From NCBI GenBank assembly GCA_965215185.1, contig OZ244034.1, positions 1,088,001-1,152,000 on the forward strand: DNA of 64,000 nucleotides, in the 5' to 3' direction. Origin of the DNA: Acidimicrobiia bacterium (GTDB taxonomy: Bacteria > Actinomycetota > Acidimicrobiia > Spongiisociales > ZC4RG35). The notes beneath the pieces were generated by a model that had not been told where the DNA came from, did not search any database, and was given only the letters and a program-made list of their open reading frames with translations. Both the position numbers and the translations under genes were made by a program. Positions 18,249-29,192 of this stretch are shown here, in pieces; the first letter of the stretch is position 1, and each line of letters starts with the position of its first letter.

Positions 18249-20015
18249 TTAGAACGCCCACAGGCGGGGAATAAAGACGACGGACAGGACCCAGAAGATT
18301 AGGTTGAGCGGCACGCCGGCGCGTAGGAAATCGGTGTACTTGTAGCCCCCCGGGTTGTAAATCATCGTGTTGGTCTGGTACCCGACCGGCGTGGAAAACC
18401 CAGTGGAAGCGGCGAAGGTGATGGCCATCAGGAAAGGCCGGGGATCCACTCCGATCTGCTCGGCGGTGGATATGGCTATTGGGGCTAGAAGCACCGCCGC
18501 TGCTGCGTTGCTCATGGTTTCGGTCATGACCGCTGCCAGCAAGTAGATGGCCGCTAGGACAGCCACTGGTCCCAGGTGTCCGACCATCCCCACGGCGTGT
18601 TCGGCGATGAAACCCGACGCTCCGCTGGTGTGCATGGCGACACCCAAGGGAAGTATTCCGGCGAGGAGGAAAATGACCTGCCAGTTGATAGACCTGTAAA
18701 CGTCTTCGGGTTTGAGGATGCGGGTCATTACCAGGGCCACGCAACCGAGCAGAGCAGAAACCAGGATAGGTACGACATCGAAAGCGGCTAGACCCACGAC
18801 CGCTACGAGTATTCCGACGGCCAGTGGGGCTTTGCGTCGCAGGGCCGTGCCGGGGAGCTCGTTGAGGACTATGAAGTCGCTGCTGCGACGCAGAGACTGC
18901 ATTTCCCTCACATGCGTTTGGATCAGCAGCGAGTCTCCCACGACAAGTTTGATCCCGCTGAGTTTCTCGTGAACCGTTTCGCCTCGGCGTTGCATGGCCA
19001 GCACCAGGGCCTTGTAGCGGTTGCGGAAATCGGTTTCTTTGAGGGTACGCCCGACGAGTTTAGAACCGGGAGCCACCAGGGACTGAACGAGACGCAGATC
19101 CTCGTTTTGCAGGGCCTCGTCCCGGAGTTCGAAATCGGCGTTGATTCGGAGACCCATCGTCCCTCGGAGGCGTATCAGGTCGGGCAGGGAACCATGCACC
19201 AGCAGCACGTCGTCGGGTTGAAGCACCCGTCTCAGCGGCGCCCAACCATTTTCTTCGTCGGTGAGTACCCGTATGACGGTTATGTCGTGATCCTCTCCGA
19301 GTCTGCTTTCCACCACCGATTTGCCGACTAGGGGAGACTTGGCGCGTACTCGCAGTTCGGTCACGTATTCGCCCAAGTGGTAGGTGGTCGCCAACCGCCC
19401 CTGCTGGCGGTCCGGCAACAACCACCGTCCGAACAGCAAGAAAAACGCTACTCCGGCAACGAAAAGAATCAAGCCCATCCGGGTGAACTCGAACATGCTG
19501 AACGCCCCATACCCAGCATCCGCGCTGATCGCACTGACCAGCAGGTTGGTGGAAGTGCCGATGAGGGTGCATACCCCGCCGAACTGCGAGGCGTAAGAAA
19601 GGGGAATCAGGAGCTTCGAGGCGGATATATTCCGTCTGGTGGCGAGGATTGTAACCAGGGGAATGAACACGGCAACCGCGGCGGTGTTGTTCACAAAAGC
19701 CGACATGACGGTGATCGTCACCATGATCACCACCAGAGCGGTGAAATGGTTCCGGCTGAACCGGATCATGAGCCTGCCCACCACACTGGTGGCACCCGTT
19801 TTTTGCAGCCCGGCGCCGAGGACAAACATAGCGGCTACAGTCAAAGTGGCGTGGTTGCTAAAACCGGAAAACCCTTCTTTGGGTGTGACCAACCCGAGGA
19901 TCAGCAGCACACCCAAACCCAGCATGGCGACGATATCCAGAGGATATTTTTCGGAGGTGAACAGCACCACGATCCCCACGAGGATCGCCAACACGGCGAG
20001 GCCTTCGCCGGTCAT
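18249..20015 (-). CDS. SLC13/DASS-family permease with TrkA-C domains
   Basis: SAFVNNTAAVA, LIGTSTNL, TPVGYQTN; start uncertain. Confidence 0.9.
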   Translation of the reverse strand: MTGEGLAVLAILVGIVVLFTSEKYPLDIVAMLGLGVLLILGLVTPKEGFSGFSNHATLTVAAMFVLGAGLQKTGATSVVGRLMIRFSRNHFTALVVIMVTITVMSAFVNNTAAVAVFIPLVTILATRRNISASKLLIPLSYASQFGGVCTLIGTSTNLLVSAISADAGYGAFSMFEFTRMGLILFVAGVAFFLLFGRWLLPDRQQGRLATTYHLGEYVTELRVRAKSPLVGKSVVESRLGEDHDITVIRVLTDEENGWAPLRRVLQPDDVLLVHGSLPDLIRLRGTMGLRINADFELRDEALQNEDLRLVQSLVAPGSKLVGRTLKETDFRNRYKALVLAMQRRGETVHEKLSGIKLVVGDSLLIQTHVREMQSLRRSSDFIVLNELPGTALRRKAPLAVGILVAVVGLAAFDVVPILVSALLGCVALVMTRILKPEDVYRSINWQVIFLLAGILPLGVAMHTSGASGFIAEHAVGMVGHLGPVAVLAAIYLLAAVMTETMSNAAAAVLLAPIAISTAEQIGVDPRPFLMAITFAASTGFSTPVGYQTNTMIYNPGGYKYTDFLRAGVPLNLIFWVLSVVFIPRLWAF

Positions 20016-20705
20016 TCGGCCCGGTCCACGATCAAACCGGGTGTCCACCGGCAATACCCGAGTCCACGGTTGGGTGTCCACGGTTCGGTTCTTGTGATCA
20101 TTTTCGCTCCGGTATGCGCCCGCTGGTCACGGTTTGAACGTGACCCATACACCTAAACCTTGTTTCCCGGTGTTGATCCCCGGATGTTGCGGGCCTGTAG
20201 AGGCGGTGACTAGATGGTTGGAGACCCGAGGCGTATTTGATGGGAGCCTACCCGCATCCCCATAAAACCTTCGCTTGTTACGCCCCTGTCCGCTATTCGA
20301 CCGGGATCCAAGACATTGGTCTACGCTTAGGTACCCACTGTGAAAAACGACATGGCCACCACCAGCACTGATGATCTTTGGCGGCTGGCATGGTCCGCCG
20401 CTCCCGCTGGTGCCTTAACGACTTCGCCGTTCAGTGCTTCCGACTTGATCTGGTCAAGGAGCGACTTACCCAACGTGGTCTCCAGTGGGTAGGCAATCAC
20501 CTAGCGAAACCGCGTTAACGGACACAACCATCGATGCATTGGCAGGACGAGCGGCCCCAGTGGAATGCGACCCAGCCGAACCCGCTATGTAGGACATCCT
20601 TCAATCTTAAGAGGACGACCGCTGCAAGGGAGGTAACTACAAGAGCGGCTTGGAGGTGCGTGACCGAGAATTCCACGGGGCGCAACTTTGAGGACATGCG
20701 GCAGC

Positions 20706-20878
20706 CGTTTCAGGAATAGCCAAAACTGGTTTCGGAATTGGCTGAAAGTGATTTCAGCGTCCTGTTTGCGGGATGCTGTGACCTGGGGTGTTTTGGTTTC
20801 GCGCCAGCGCCCAAGGGCGGGGTTGGCGCGAAACTGTTGGGGTTTCTGTGCTTATGGTAGTTGGGGCGGAGAGTGGGG
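20706..20878 (-). repeat. DDE-element end of copy 3, separated from its transposase by an IS3 insertion
   Basis: (G/A)TTTC at 20707, 20729 and 20751; homology continues at 22202. Confidence 0.75.
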
Positions 20879-20976
20879 TGAACCGCGCCGGGTTTGGTAG
20901 AGGGTTTGGTGGTACCCGACTTTGGTGGAGTCGGGTTATTTGAATTGGTGGTGTGACTGACCCGGAAGGAGTCTTC

Positions 20977-21285
20977 ATGCCTTATCGATATCCACCCGAG
21001 TTCCGTCGCAGGGTGCTGGATCTGCTGGCAGTTGGCAGGTCGGTAGCGTCGTTGTCAGCGGATCTTGGGGTGTCTGATCAGACGATCTACAACTGGCGGC
21101 GCCAAGACCGAATCGACCGCGGTCTACAACCGGGTGCCACTTCGGAGGAACAGGCCGAACTGTGGGCCGCTCGCTGTCGGATCGTCGAGCTGGAAACCGA
21201 ACTGGCCGTGACCAAGCGGGCTATTGAACTGCTGGGAGACCAGGTGGTGCACCTCAAAGACGCTACCAGGCGATCCGGACCATGA
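20977..21285 (+). CDS. IS3-family OrfA
   Basis: MPYRYPPEFRRRVL...LGVSDQTIYNWRRQ HTH. Confidence 0.85.
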   Translation: MPYRYPPEFRRRVLDLLAVGRSVASLSADLGVSDQTIYNWRRQDRIDRGLQPGATSEEQAELWAARCRIVELETELAVTKRAIELLGDQVVHLKDATRRSGP

Positions 21286-22153
21286 GAACCGAAGGGCTTC
21301 CCAGGTGGCGTGTCGAGTGCTCGAGGTGTCACAGTCCGGGTTCTACGCCAGGGTGGTCCCGGCCGCCGTCAGCCCGCTTGCATCCGCCACGCCTGGTTGA
21401 CCGACGTCATCTGTCACATCCATGAACAGTCACGCGGCACCTATGGGGCGCGGCGGGTGCACGCCGAACTGCGGTTGGGTCATGGAATAACCGTCGGACA
21501 CAACGCAGTAGCGATGCTGATGCGCAGAGCCGGTCTAGCTGGTCTTAGTAGGTGACCGAAGTCCCAGACGGCGGACCCGCCCGGTGGACACGCCCGGTGG
21601 ACCTGGTCGACCGTAACTTCGCCCGTTTCGAACCGGACCAACTGTGGGTGACCGATATCACAGAGCATCCCACCCGGCAAGCGCAAGGTGTACTGCGCGG
21701 TGGTGCTGGACGTGTACGGGCCGCCGGGTCGTCGGCTGGTCGATCGACAACACGGCCACCTCCGGACTGGTCACCTCCGCGTTAGGTATGGCAATCGGGA
21801 ACCGCCAACCCGACCCCGGCACGGTCATACATTCGGACCAGGGCACCCAATTCACCTCCTGGGCGTTCACCCAACGGGCCCTCGAATCCGGTCTGGTTCC
21901 GTCCATGGGAACCGTCGGGGACTGTTTCGATAACGCCACCATGGAATCGTTTTGGGCTCGTATGCAGGTCGAGCTGTTGGACCGCAGGAGGTGGAGGACC
22001 CGTATCGAACTCGCCAACGCTATCTTCGAGTACCTAGAGATCTTCCACAACCGCCACCGGCGCCACACCGCACTGGAAATGCGCACCCCCATCGAATACG
22101 AAAGAAACCACAACAACAACCTAACCATCGCACCACTGATCCAAGTGAGCTGA
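21282..22153 (+). pseudogene. IS3-family OrfB, multiply frameshifted
   Basis: YGARRVHAEL, LWVTDIT, HSDQGTQF, DNATMESF. Confidence 0.85.
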
Positions 22154-22342
22154 CTCCACAAAACCGGGGGACCATCACTCTATGAATCCCGGTACGGTTC
22201 AGGGGGTTGGTTGTGGCGCGGGTGGGGTTTATGTGAGGTTTTGAGGGGCTGGATCTAGGGGTTTTGGAGTGTGGGCCGCGGTGATCCAGGGCTTTTGGGT
22301 GTTTGGCCCGCGGTGATCTGGGGCGGGGTGGTTTTGGGGTGT

Positions 22343-22905
22343 TCAGGCGACTTGTTCGAGGGGTCCGGCTCTGGTGTCGGGGAAGTGGCTGCCGAACCAG
22401 CGGCTGATGTCTTTCCCGGTTCGTTTATGGTGGGCGACTAGGGCGGTGTTGATTTGGAATAGGTTGTAGTTGAGTTGTCGCTTGTAGGTACTGAAGTGCG
22501 ATTCGATGTCTTGCCGGGGTCCGTACAGCGGTTTGAAGGAGGGGTCTGTTTCGGGTATGGGCCGCAAACCGCGGGTTCGGCGGGTGTGGCGTTTGGCTTG
22601 GCGTTCTTGGGGGGTGCTGTTGTTACGGATCCTGGTAGTGGCTCCGACCATGTGCGGTGGGACGAGAGGTTTGTCGGGTATTTGCCATAGGGTGTAGACG
22701 ATGCTTTTCGGGTTCGGGGTCCGGGTTTTTTGATTTGGGTACGGACCCGGCGAAGGGGCTGGTAGTGGGGGTGGCCGTCTCCGTCCCTAACGGCGATGGT
22801 GGGGGTGCCGTTGAGGAGTGCTGTTGTGACGTATGAGGGTGGTGGCACCAACGAGGTCAGTGGGGACGAGTGGTTTGTCGGGGATAGCCCAGGTGCCGTA
22901 CATCA
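22343..22905 (-). pseudogene. DDE transposase copy 3, degraded, joined to a fragment of a more divergent paralog
   Basis: YGPRQDIESHFSTYKRQL; 22810-22905 reads MYGTWAIPDKPLVPTDLVGATTLIRHNSTPQ. Confidence 0.75.
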
Positions 22906-23190
22906 TGTTGCGATGGAGCACAACCGAAGCGAAGTTGAAAAACCATCTACATCAAGACCGGACCGAACGGCCAACAACTTGCTCCGGTGGAGGGCTGTCT
23001 GGTAACTGCCATAACCGGAAACAACCCCGGCCGTGGGGGGGGTCAGGAACCAAGCTGACCGAAGTCCGGTCCCAGTGAGTTGGCTGCCGTACCGCGGCAA
23101 GGACTGCGACCTTCGAATGCTGCCCGCGCATAGACCATACCAGTTCGGCGGAGGGTAGGGGTGGTCATCGGACGCTCACTCCAGGGATGA

Positions 23191-23406
23191 TTGGTGTATA
23201 CTGATCGCTTTATGAGACCTGATCCAAACATCGCCTTGATCCTCTCAATCTTTTTGGGTGGACTGGGTATTGATCGCATGTACGTTGGCCAAATCGGACT
23301 GGGTGTACTGAAGCTCCTCACCGCTGGGGGGCTGGGCATCTGGTGGCTGGTCGATTTGTTCCTGATCCGCGGGATAGCCCGGAAAGCCCAGCAAGAAGGC
23401 ACTTAG
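23191..23406 (+). CDS. TM2-domain membrane protein, copy 2
   Basis: Protein identical to copy 1 from YTDRF onward. Confidence 0.8.
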   Translation: MVYTDRFMRPDPNIALILSIFLGGLGIDRMYVGQIGLGVLKLLTAGGLGIWWLVDLFLIRGIARKAQQEGT

Positions 23407-23727
23407 CCCCCTGAGCAAGGTTTAAGGTGCAGACCGTCCTTCCCTCGGGGGAGATGTCAATGCCCGACCTCGCCTAAGGGGCGTGGCTGTCCGGTAACCG
23501 CTATTTCCAAAGGCGGATAGCAGGGAAAATCGGGAAGGTTTGTGGGGGACTTTTCTGAACCAGTTGTGGGGTATGTTGGTAACTGTCCAGGTTCCGTCAT
23601 CGGTGGAGTCCGACTCCTGTGCATTAGTCGTTGCCCAGGCAGCCAGGTCCAACGGGTTCGATAACGAACTTAGGGCCGCATTGTCCGGCGCAGCGATCCC
23701 CTCGACATGGGTGGAGATCCGGCTCAG

Positions 23728-23835
23728 ATGATCACACATAGGGAAGACGTGAGATTCACGCGCTGAGGACACAGGGGTGGTCGATCTCGGAAATCGCGCG
23801 GCATGTGGGCGCTGACGGCAAAACGGTGCGCGCCC
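23728..23835 (+). pseudogene. IS21 istA N-terminal fragment
   Basis: EIHALRTQGWSISEIARHVGADGKTVR. Confidence 0.6.
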
Positions 23836-23957
23836 GCTGGTATCTATTTCGATGGAACCTCTCGGCCCTCAGTGCATCGTAAATGTCCATTCGGTAACAT
23901 GGCCGATCCGCACTCTTGAAGGTTGGGATTTTTGTCTGTTCACCCACACCAGAGGGG

Positions 23958-24605
23958 TCAGGTTCCGAAACGCTCCTCCAGAACTCTGATCACCTCCGAG
24001 GGGGCGATCTTCCGTTCGGCAGCCAAAACCAGCATGTGATAGAGAAGGTCAGCCATCTCCTCGGCTACTCGCCGGTTGGGTTCCTGTCCCTGAGCATGCT
24101 CTTTGGCAGCCATCAGCACTTCCGTGGCCTCTTCCACCACCTTGCGGGCACTCATATTCACGCCGCCTTCCAACAACCGGGTTGTGTAGGAGCCCGAGGG
24201 CCGCTGGGCGGCGCGGGAAGCGATCACTTCCCATAACCGCTCCAACCACTGGAACCCCTCCCCACGGGGACCGTCGGCGAAACAGGTAACGGTGTTACGG
24301 TGACAGGCGGGACCAGCCGGCCGGGCGGTGATCAATAGCGTGTCGGCATCACAGTCGGATTCGATCTTTACCACCTCAAGAAGGGAGCCGCTCGTGGCGC
24401 CTTTTAACCACAGTTCACCACGCGACCTCGACCAGAAGTGCACATAGCCGCTCTCCAAGGTGAGTAGGTAGGACTCTCGGTTGAGATAGGCCACCATCAG
24501 AACCTGACCTGTCCTGGCGTCTTGCACAACGCCCGGGATGAGACCTTGCGAGTCCCAGCGAAGCTCGTCGGGCGGGGGAGTGGCGGTTAGAGAAGACTTG
24601 GTCAT
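23958..24605 (-). CDS. hisIE: Phosphoribosyl-AMP cyclohydrolase / phosphoribosyl-ATP diphosphatase
   Basis: [35 protein letters not shown]. Confidence 0.95.
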   Translation of the reverse strand: MTKSSLTATPPPDELRWDSQGLIPGVVQDARTGQVLMVAYLNRESYLLTLESGYVHFWSRSRGELWLKGATSGSLLEVVKIESDCDADTLLITARPAGPACHRNTVTCFADGPRGEGFQWLERLWEVIASRAAQRPSGSYTTRLLEGGVNMSARKVVEEATEVLMAAKEHAQGQEPNRRVAEEMADLLYHMLVLAAERKIAPSEVIRVLEERFGT

Positions 24606-25363
24606 GTCAGACGAACCGGTACGCCGGCCCGAGCCATGGCCAGCTTGACCTCATGGATCTCGATCTCTCGGCGATGAAATATGGAGGCAGCCAGCACTGC
24701 TTCGGCCCCGGCCTTCTGGCACACTTCGACGCAATGCTCGGTAGTACCCGCGCCACCGGAAGCGATCACCGGGACCTCCACAGCTTCAGTCACCGCGGCG
24801 GTCAGTTCCAGGTCATAACCGATCTTGGTTCCGTCCCGATCCATGGAGGTCAGCAGAATCTCCCCGGCGCCCAGTTCCACCCCCCGCTGCGCCCACTCCA
24901 CCGCATCCCAGCCCACCGGCTTTCGGCCTCCCACCACCACCACCTCGAAGCCACCCTGAGGAAGCCGCCGGGCATCGATGGCCAGCACCACACATTGGCG
25001 TCCAAAACGGAGGCGGCATTCGCTTAGAAGCTGCGGACGACGCACAGCTGCGGTGTTGATGCTCACCTTGTCGGCGCCGGCCCGAAGCGCCGATTTCATA
25101 TCCTCCGGAGACCGTATGCCCCCACCAACCGTGAGGGGAACGAACACCTCCGAAGCAGTCTGCCTGACCACATCCCACATGGTGTCCCGTTTTTCGGGGG
25201 CAGCCGCGATGTCCAGAAAACAGATCTCGTCGGCGCCTTCGGCCGCATACCGGCTTGCCAATTCCGTGGGATCCCCCTCGTCGGTCAGGTTGACGAAGTT
25301 GACCCCTTTCACCACTCGGCCGGCCGCAACGTCCAGGCAGGGAATGATTCTCTTGCGAAGCAT
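24602..25363 (-). CDS. hisF: Imidazole glycerol phosphate synthase, cyclase subunit
   Basis: [30 protein letters not shown]. Confidence 0.97.
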   Translation of the reverse strand: MLRKRIIPCLDVAAGRVVKGVNFVNLTDEGDPTELASRYAAEGADEICFLDIAAAPEKRDTMWDVVRQTASEVFVPLTVGGGIRSPEDMKSALRAGADKVSINTAAVRRPQLLSECRLRFGRQCVVLAIDARRLPQGGFEVVVVGGRKPVGWDAVEWAQRGVELGAGEILLTSMDRDGTKIGYDLELTAAVTEAVEVPVIASGGAGTTEHCVEVCQKAGAEAVLAASIFHRREIEIHEVKLAMARAGVPVRLT

Positions 25364-25995
25364 CAGCCGCCACCGTTTCCCTGCTCGTCCGCCCAGGTGC
25401 GACAATCGGAGAGAAAGTTGGACAGTACCTTAAGCCCGTTGGCGCCGGAACGCTCGGGGTGGAACTGGACGCCCACGCGGTGGCCGTCTCGAACCGCCAC
25501 GCAGAACCGACGCCCGTATTGGGCTTCACCTGTCACCACCCCCGGGTCGGTGGGCGCCGGGGCGTAGGAGTGCAGGAAATAGAAGGTGGGATCGGGAGGA
25601 AGGCCCTCCCAAAGAGGATCGTCTGCAGTCATCAGAAGATCGTTCCATCCGATATGGGGAAGTCGGGGCGTTTCCTGTAACCGCTCCACCCGACCATCCA
25701 TTAATCCCAGACAGGTGCTGTCGTCCTCCGAACTTCCCTCGAAGAACAGCTGTAAACCCACGCAGATCCCCAATAGCGGGCCCGACCATGCGGTTAGAGG
25801 CTCCACTAACTCGGCCTTTCGCAACCGCTGCATGGCGGTGCCGGTGTTGCCCACTCCGGGTAGTACCACTCCATCTGTTCCCTCAAGCTGTCGTGGTTCG
25901 GTGACAAGTACCGTCTCGGCGCCCACCTTTTCCAAGCCCTGGGTGATGGAGACCAGATTCCCAGCGCCGTGATCTACTACGGCAATGGTGGTCAA
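25363..25995 (-). CDS. hisH: Imidazole glycerol phosphate synthase, glutaminase subunit
   Basis: LPGVG, GICVGLQ, PHIGWN, QFHPERS. Confidence 0.97.
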   Translation of the reverse strand: MTTIAVVDHGAGNLVSITQGLEKVGAETVLVTEPRQLEGTDGVVLPGVGNTGTAMQRLRKAELVEPLTAWSGPLLGICVGLQLFFEGSSEDDSTCLGLMDGRVERLQETPRLPHIGWNDLLMTADDPLWEGLPPDPTFYFLHSYAPAPTDPGVVTGEAQYGRRFCVAVRDGHRVGVQFHPERSGANGLKVLSNFLSDCRTWADEQGNGGG

Positions 25996-26579
25996 CCCAC
26001 CCCCTTGGTGGAAGCCACTCCCTCTCGGCGCGGGTCGCGCTCCACTGCTTGACGCAAAGCCCGGGCCAGAGCCTTGATGGCGGCCTCCGCCTGATGGTGA
26101 TCATTGAGGCCGCGGGAACTGAGGTGAAGAGAAAAGCCCGCCGTACGCGCCATCGCCTCCAGTGCGTGGGGGAGGTTCTGGGTGGTGAGGTTGCCGATGG
26201 TGGGGTTTTGCAGAGGAAGGTCGATCACCGCATAGGGTCTGCCGCCTACATCCACGGCGGCGCTGCCCAACGCTTCGTCCATGGGGACGGCCGCGTCTCC
26301 AAAGCGGTTGATGCCCGACCGGTCACCCAGCGCCTCAGCCATAGCCGATCCCAACACCAAGGCGGTGTCTTCGACGGTGTGATGGTCGTCAACAATCAGG
26401 TCGCCCCGGGTGGTGATACTCAGATCGAAAAGAGCATGGTGTGCCAGCGAGGTGAGCAGGTGATCGAAAAAACCGACTCCAGTGGATATCTCGGCCTGCC
26501 CGGATCCATCCAGGTTCAGGCTGATTTCCACCGAGGTCTCCCGGGTGTCCCGGGTTATGTGTGCGGTTCTATCTGGCAT
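25992..26579 (-). CDS. hisB: Imidazoleglycerol-phosphate dehydratase
   Basis: DDHHTVED, PMDEAL, NDHH.AEA. Confidence 0.97.
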   Translation of the reverse strand: MPDRTAHITRDTRETSVEISLNLDGSGQAEISTGVGFFDHLLTSLAHHALFDLSITTRGDLIVDDHHTVEDTALVLGSAMAEALGDRSGINRFGDAAVPMDEALGSAAVDVGGRPYAVIDLPLQNPTIGNLTTQNLPHALEAMARTAGFSLHLSSRGLNDHHQAEAAIKALARALRQAVERDPRREGVASTKGVG

Positions 26580-27891
26580 ATCTGTGGTCACGCTCCTTTG
26601 CGGTAAACCGTAACTCGGCGGCCCGTCGGTGGGCGGTGAAACCTTCCACATCGGCTAGGCGGGTGATTATCGGAAGAATCTTGGCCAAGCCCTCCCGGGT
26701 GAGACGTTGCTCTTGGCGCCAAGAGCCGAAATCCTCCACCGAGAGGGGACCGTAACAGGCGGCCAGGCCACCGGTGGGGAGGACATGGTTGGCGCCGGTG
26801 GCGTAGTCACCGGCCGACTCCGGCGACCACCTGCCCACATAGACCGAGCCGGCCGCGGTGACCGCCTTGGCATGTGTATCCGTGTCGGAGGTGAGCAGGG
26901 AAACGTGCTCGGGCGCGTATCGATTGGCGAATGCGATTGCGGCAGCCATGTCAGGGGCAATCACCGTCATCCCGTGATTGGCCAGGGCCTCGGCCAGGAT
27001 ATCCCGGCGTTCCAGGGTGGAAAGTTGCTCTTCCAGGGCGGCTTCCACTTGGTGGGGAAGGTCAGGGTCGGTGGTGACCAATACCGCCGGGGAGTCCGGC
27101 CCATGTTCGGCCTGACAGAGCAGGTCCGCCGCCACCAACACGGGATCTGCACAATGATCGGCCAGCACCAAGACTTCCGAGGGCCCGGCGGGCAGATCTA
27201 TACCGCAGTCCCCGAACACCGCCAGCTTGGCGGCGGTCACCCATTGGCTGCCGGGGCCCACCACCTTCTGGACCCGCCGGATCTGCTCGGTCCCATAGGC
27301 GAAGGCGGCCACTGCTCCCGCCCCTCCCATCGCCCACACCTCATCAGCACCGGCCACCTGACAAGCGGCCAGAGTGGCCGGGTGGACGGTTCCATTCGGG
27401 CCGGCGGGAGTGGCCACCGCCACCTGCTTCACCCCGGCTACCTTGGCAGGGGTGACCGTCATCAAAGCGGTGGACGGATAGGCAGCCTTGCCGCCGGGCA
27501 CATAGGCGCCCACCCTCCTCAGGGGAGACCAGCGGCGGGTGATGAAGACCCCTGGGATGTTCTCGGTGTGAAGGTCCGAGGGAATCTGACGCCGGTGAAA
27601 GTCGGCGATGTGGTCACGGGCACTTTCCAGGGCCTCCACTATCTGCGGCATGGCCCGTACAGCCGCTTCAAGTTCAGAGCGCGATACCCGAAAATATCCG
27701 CCTCCATGCCGCTTCGACAACCGGTGCATGGCTTGGTCGCCCTCCAATCTCACCTCTTCGCAGATGGTCTGAGCAATTCTTCGAACCTCGGGGTCGGGAA
27801 CCGCGGTGCGCCGGCATAGCCGGGTCAGCTCAAGCTCGGTCAACTCCGCAAGCCGTATCCGGCGCAGCCGGGGTGGGGAAGAGCCCATCAT
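26569..27891 (-). CDS. hisD: Histidinol dehydrogenase
   Basis: YVPGG.A.YPS, AGPSE, QAEH, APEH, GDY..GANHVLPT. Confidence 0.97.
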   Translation of the reverse strand: MMGSSPPRLRRIRLAELTELELTRLCRRTAVPDPEVRRIAQTICEEVRLEGDQAMHRLSKRHGGGYFRVSRSELEAAVRAMPQIVEALESARDHIADFHRRQIPSDLHTENIPGVFITRRWSPLRRVGAYVPGGKAAYPSTALMTVTPAKVAGVKQVAVATPAGPNGTVHPATLAACQVAGADEVWAMGGAGAVAAFAYGTEQIRRVQKVVGPGSQWVTAAKLAVFGDCGIDLPAGPSEVLVLADHCADPVLVAADLLCQAEHGPDSPAVLVTTDPDLPHQVEAALEEQLSTLERRDILAEALANHGMTVIAPDMAAAIAFANRYAPEHVSLLTSDTDTHAKAVTAAGSVYVGRWSPESAGDYATGANHVLPTGGLAACYGPLSVEDFGSWRQEQRLTREGLAKILPIITRLADVEGFTAHRRAAELRFTAKERDHRYAR

Positions 27892-28751
27892 GGGATCAGC
27901 TGTCCAATTTCGAGCACCAGTATCCCTTTGGCGCCCGCTTGTTCCAGACGGGGCAGCAGTTCCCACAGATCGGAGGCGTCCACCACCGAGTGCATCGCCA
28001 CCATCTGAGATTCGGCCAGGGGAACGATGGTGGGCGCGGTGAGCCCGGGAATGATCCGGCTAATCGTGTCGATGTTGTCAAATGAAGTGTTCAGAAGGAC
28101 ATAACGTTTGCGACGCCCGGCGGTGACCGCTCCCACCGCGGTTATCAGTTTCCGGACCAGTGGAAGGTTCTTCTTCTCGGGAAGTCCGGCCAAGACGGCT
28201 TGTGATTCCACCAGCACGCCGATCTCCCTCAGTCCGTTGAGGCGCAGGGTGGATCCGGTGGAAACCAGGTCCACCACCGCGTCTGCCAAAGCGATCTTGG
28301 TGGCTGCCTCCACCGACCCCTTCAAGGCCACCACCGAGGCTGAAATGGAGTGATCGGCGAAGAACCGGGCGGTGGTACGGGGATGGGAAGTGGCGATCCG
28401 CAAACCCTTCAGGTCGGCCACAGAGTGGACTGGGGAAGAAGTCGGTACGGCCGCGGCCAGTCGACAGAAGCCGTAATCCAGTTTGGCAAGGGGCTCGAGG
28501 CTCGAATCCCCATTGGCCTCTTCCATAAGGTCCAGCCCGGTGATGCCGACATCCGCCACACCCTCGATGAGCATCCCCGGTATGTCCTCGGTGCGTACCA
28601 ACACCAGATCCAACTCGACATTGCGGACCCGCAGGGAAAGCACCCGGTCGGTGATTTCAAAGGACATTCCGGCGCTCTTGAGGAGCCGCAGCGACGGCTC
28701 TCGCAGTCGGCCCTTGTTGGGCACCGCCAGAGTGAGAGCCTTCTTGTTCAT
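27888..28751 (-). CDS. hisG: ATP phosphoribosyltransferase, long form
   Basis: AVPNKGRL, GITGLD, GSVE, DLVSTGSTL. Confidence 0.97.
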   Translation of the reverse strand: MNKKALTLAVPNKGRLREPSLRLLKSAGMSFEITDRVLSLRVRNVELDLVLVRTEDIPGMLIEGVADVGITGLDLMEEANGDSSLEPLAKLDYGFCRLAAAVPTSSPVHSVADLKGLRIATSHPRTTARFFADHSISASVVALKGSVEAATKIALADAVVDLVSTGSTLRLNGLREIGVLVESQAVLAGLPEKKNLPLVRKLITAVGAVTAGRRKRYVLLNTSFDNIDTISRIIPGLTAPTIVPLAESQMVAMHSVVDASDLWELLPRLEQAGAKGILVLEIGQLIP

Positions 28752-29065
28752 TGGGTTTCTTCCGATTCGGCTTTTGACTTCATTCGGGCGAGAGCCAGCC
28801 GGTAACCCCCCGTCCCATGACGTAACCACTGGTTAATCCGGGTAATGGTGGCAGTGGCGGCGCCGGTGATCGACGAGATCTCTCGATAGGAGAGGCCACG
28901 ATCCAGTTGCCGTACCACCGCCCACCGCTGGCTCAGGTCAGCCAACTCCTTGAGGGTGCACAGGTCCCGGAAGAACAGAGCCGCCTCATCCGCTGTCTCC
29001 AAGGACAGCATCGTGGAGAACAGAGCCTTGGTGTCCTGATTTCGCCATGTTCCGTCGAGAGTCAT
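28748..29065 (-). CDS. YerC/YecD TrpR-like regulator, probable his repressor
   Basis: FFRDLCTLKEL..LSQRW...SYREI...TGA.TATITR...GTGGY. Confidence 0.9.
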   Translation of the reverse strand: MTLDGTWRNQDTKALFSTMLSLETADEAALFFRDLCTLKELADLSQRWAVVRQLDRGLSYREISSITGAATATITRINQWLRHGTGGYRLALARMKSKAESEETQ

Positions 29066-29093
29066 ACCATTTCGGTTTCGTTTTGCTTTTCGC

Positions 29094-29137
29094 TTACTGC
29101 CCTAATGTGATAGTATGTTAGCACGCTATTACAGTAG
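29094..29137. promoter_or_regulatory. Candidate tandem TrpR-type operator in a divergent promoter
   Basis: nTAn at exact 8-bp spacing: 29094, 29102, 29110, 29118, 29126, 29134. Confidence 0.55.
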
Positions 29138-29192
29138 AACAATCCCAGGAAATGATAGTGGCGACAACAGGCCCGATTGAAGGGGTTACAAA

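Larger units (their letters stand above)
20879..22201. mobile_element. Composite IS3-family insertion bounded by TGAACCG inverted repeats
   Basis: TGAACCGCGCCGGGTTTGGTAGAG at 20879; reverse-complement TGAACCGTACCGGGATTCATAGAG ending at 22201; G-runs on both flanks. Confidence 0.75.

Noticed and set aside
26707-27819. Long alternative-frame ORFs over his, gcvP and men genes
   Set aside because: High-GC shadow ORFs overlapping well-supported genes
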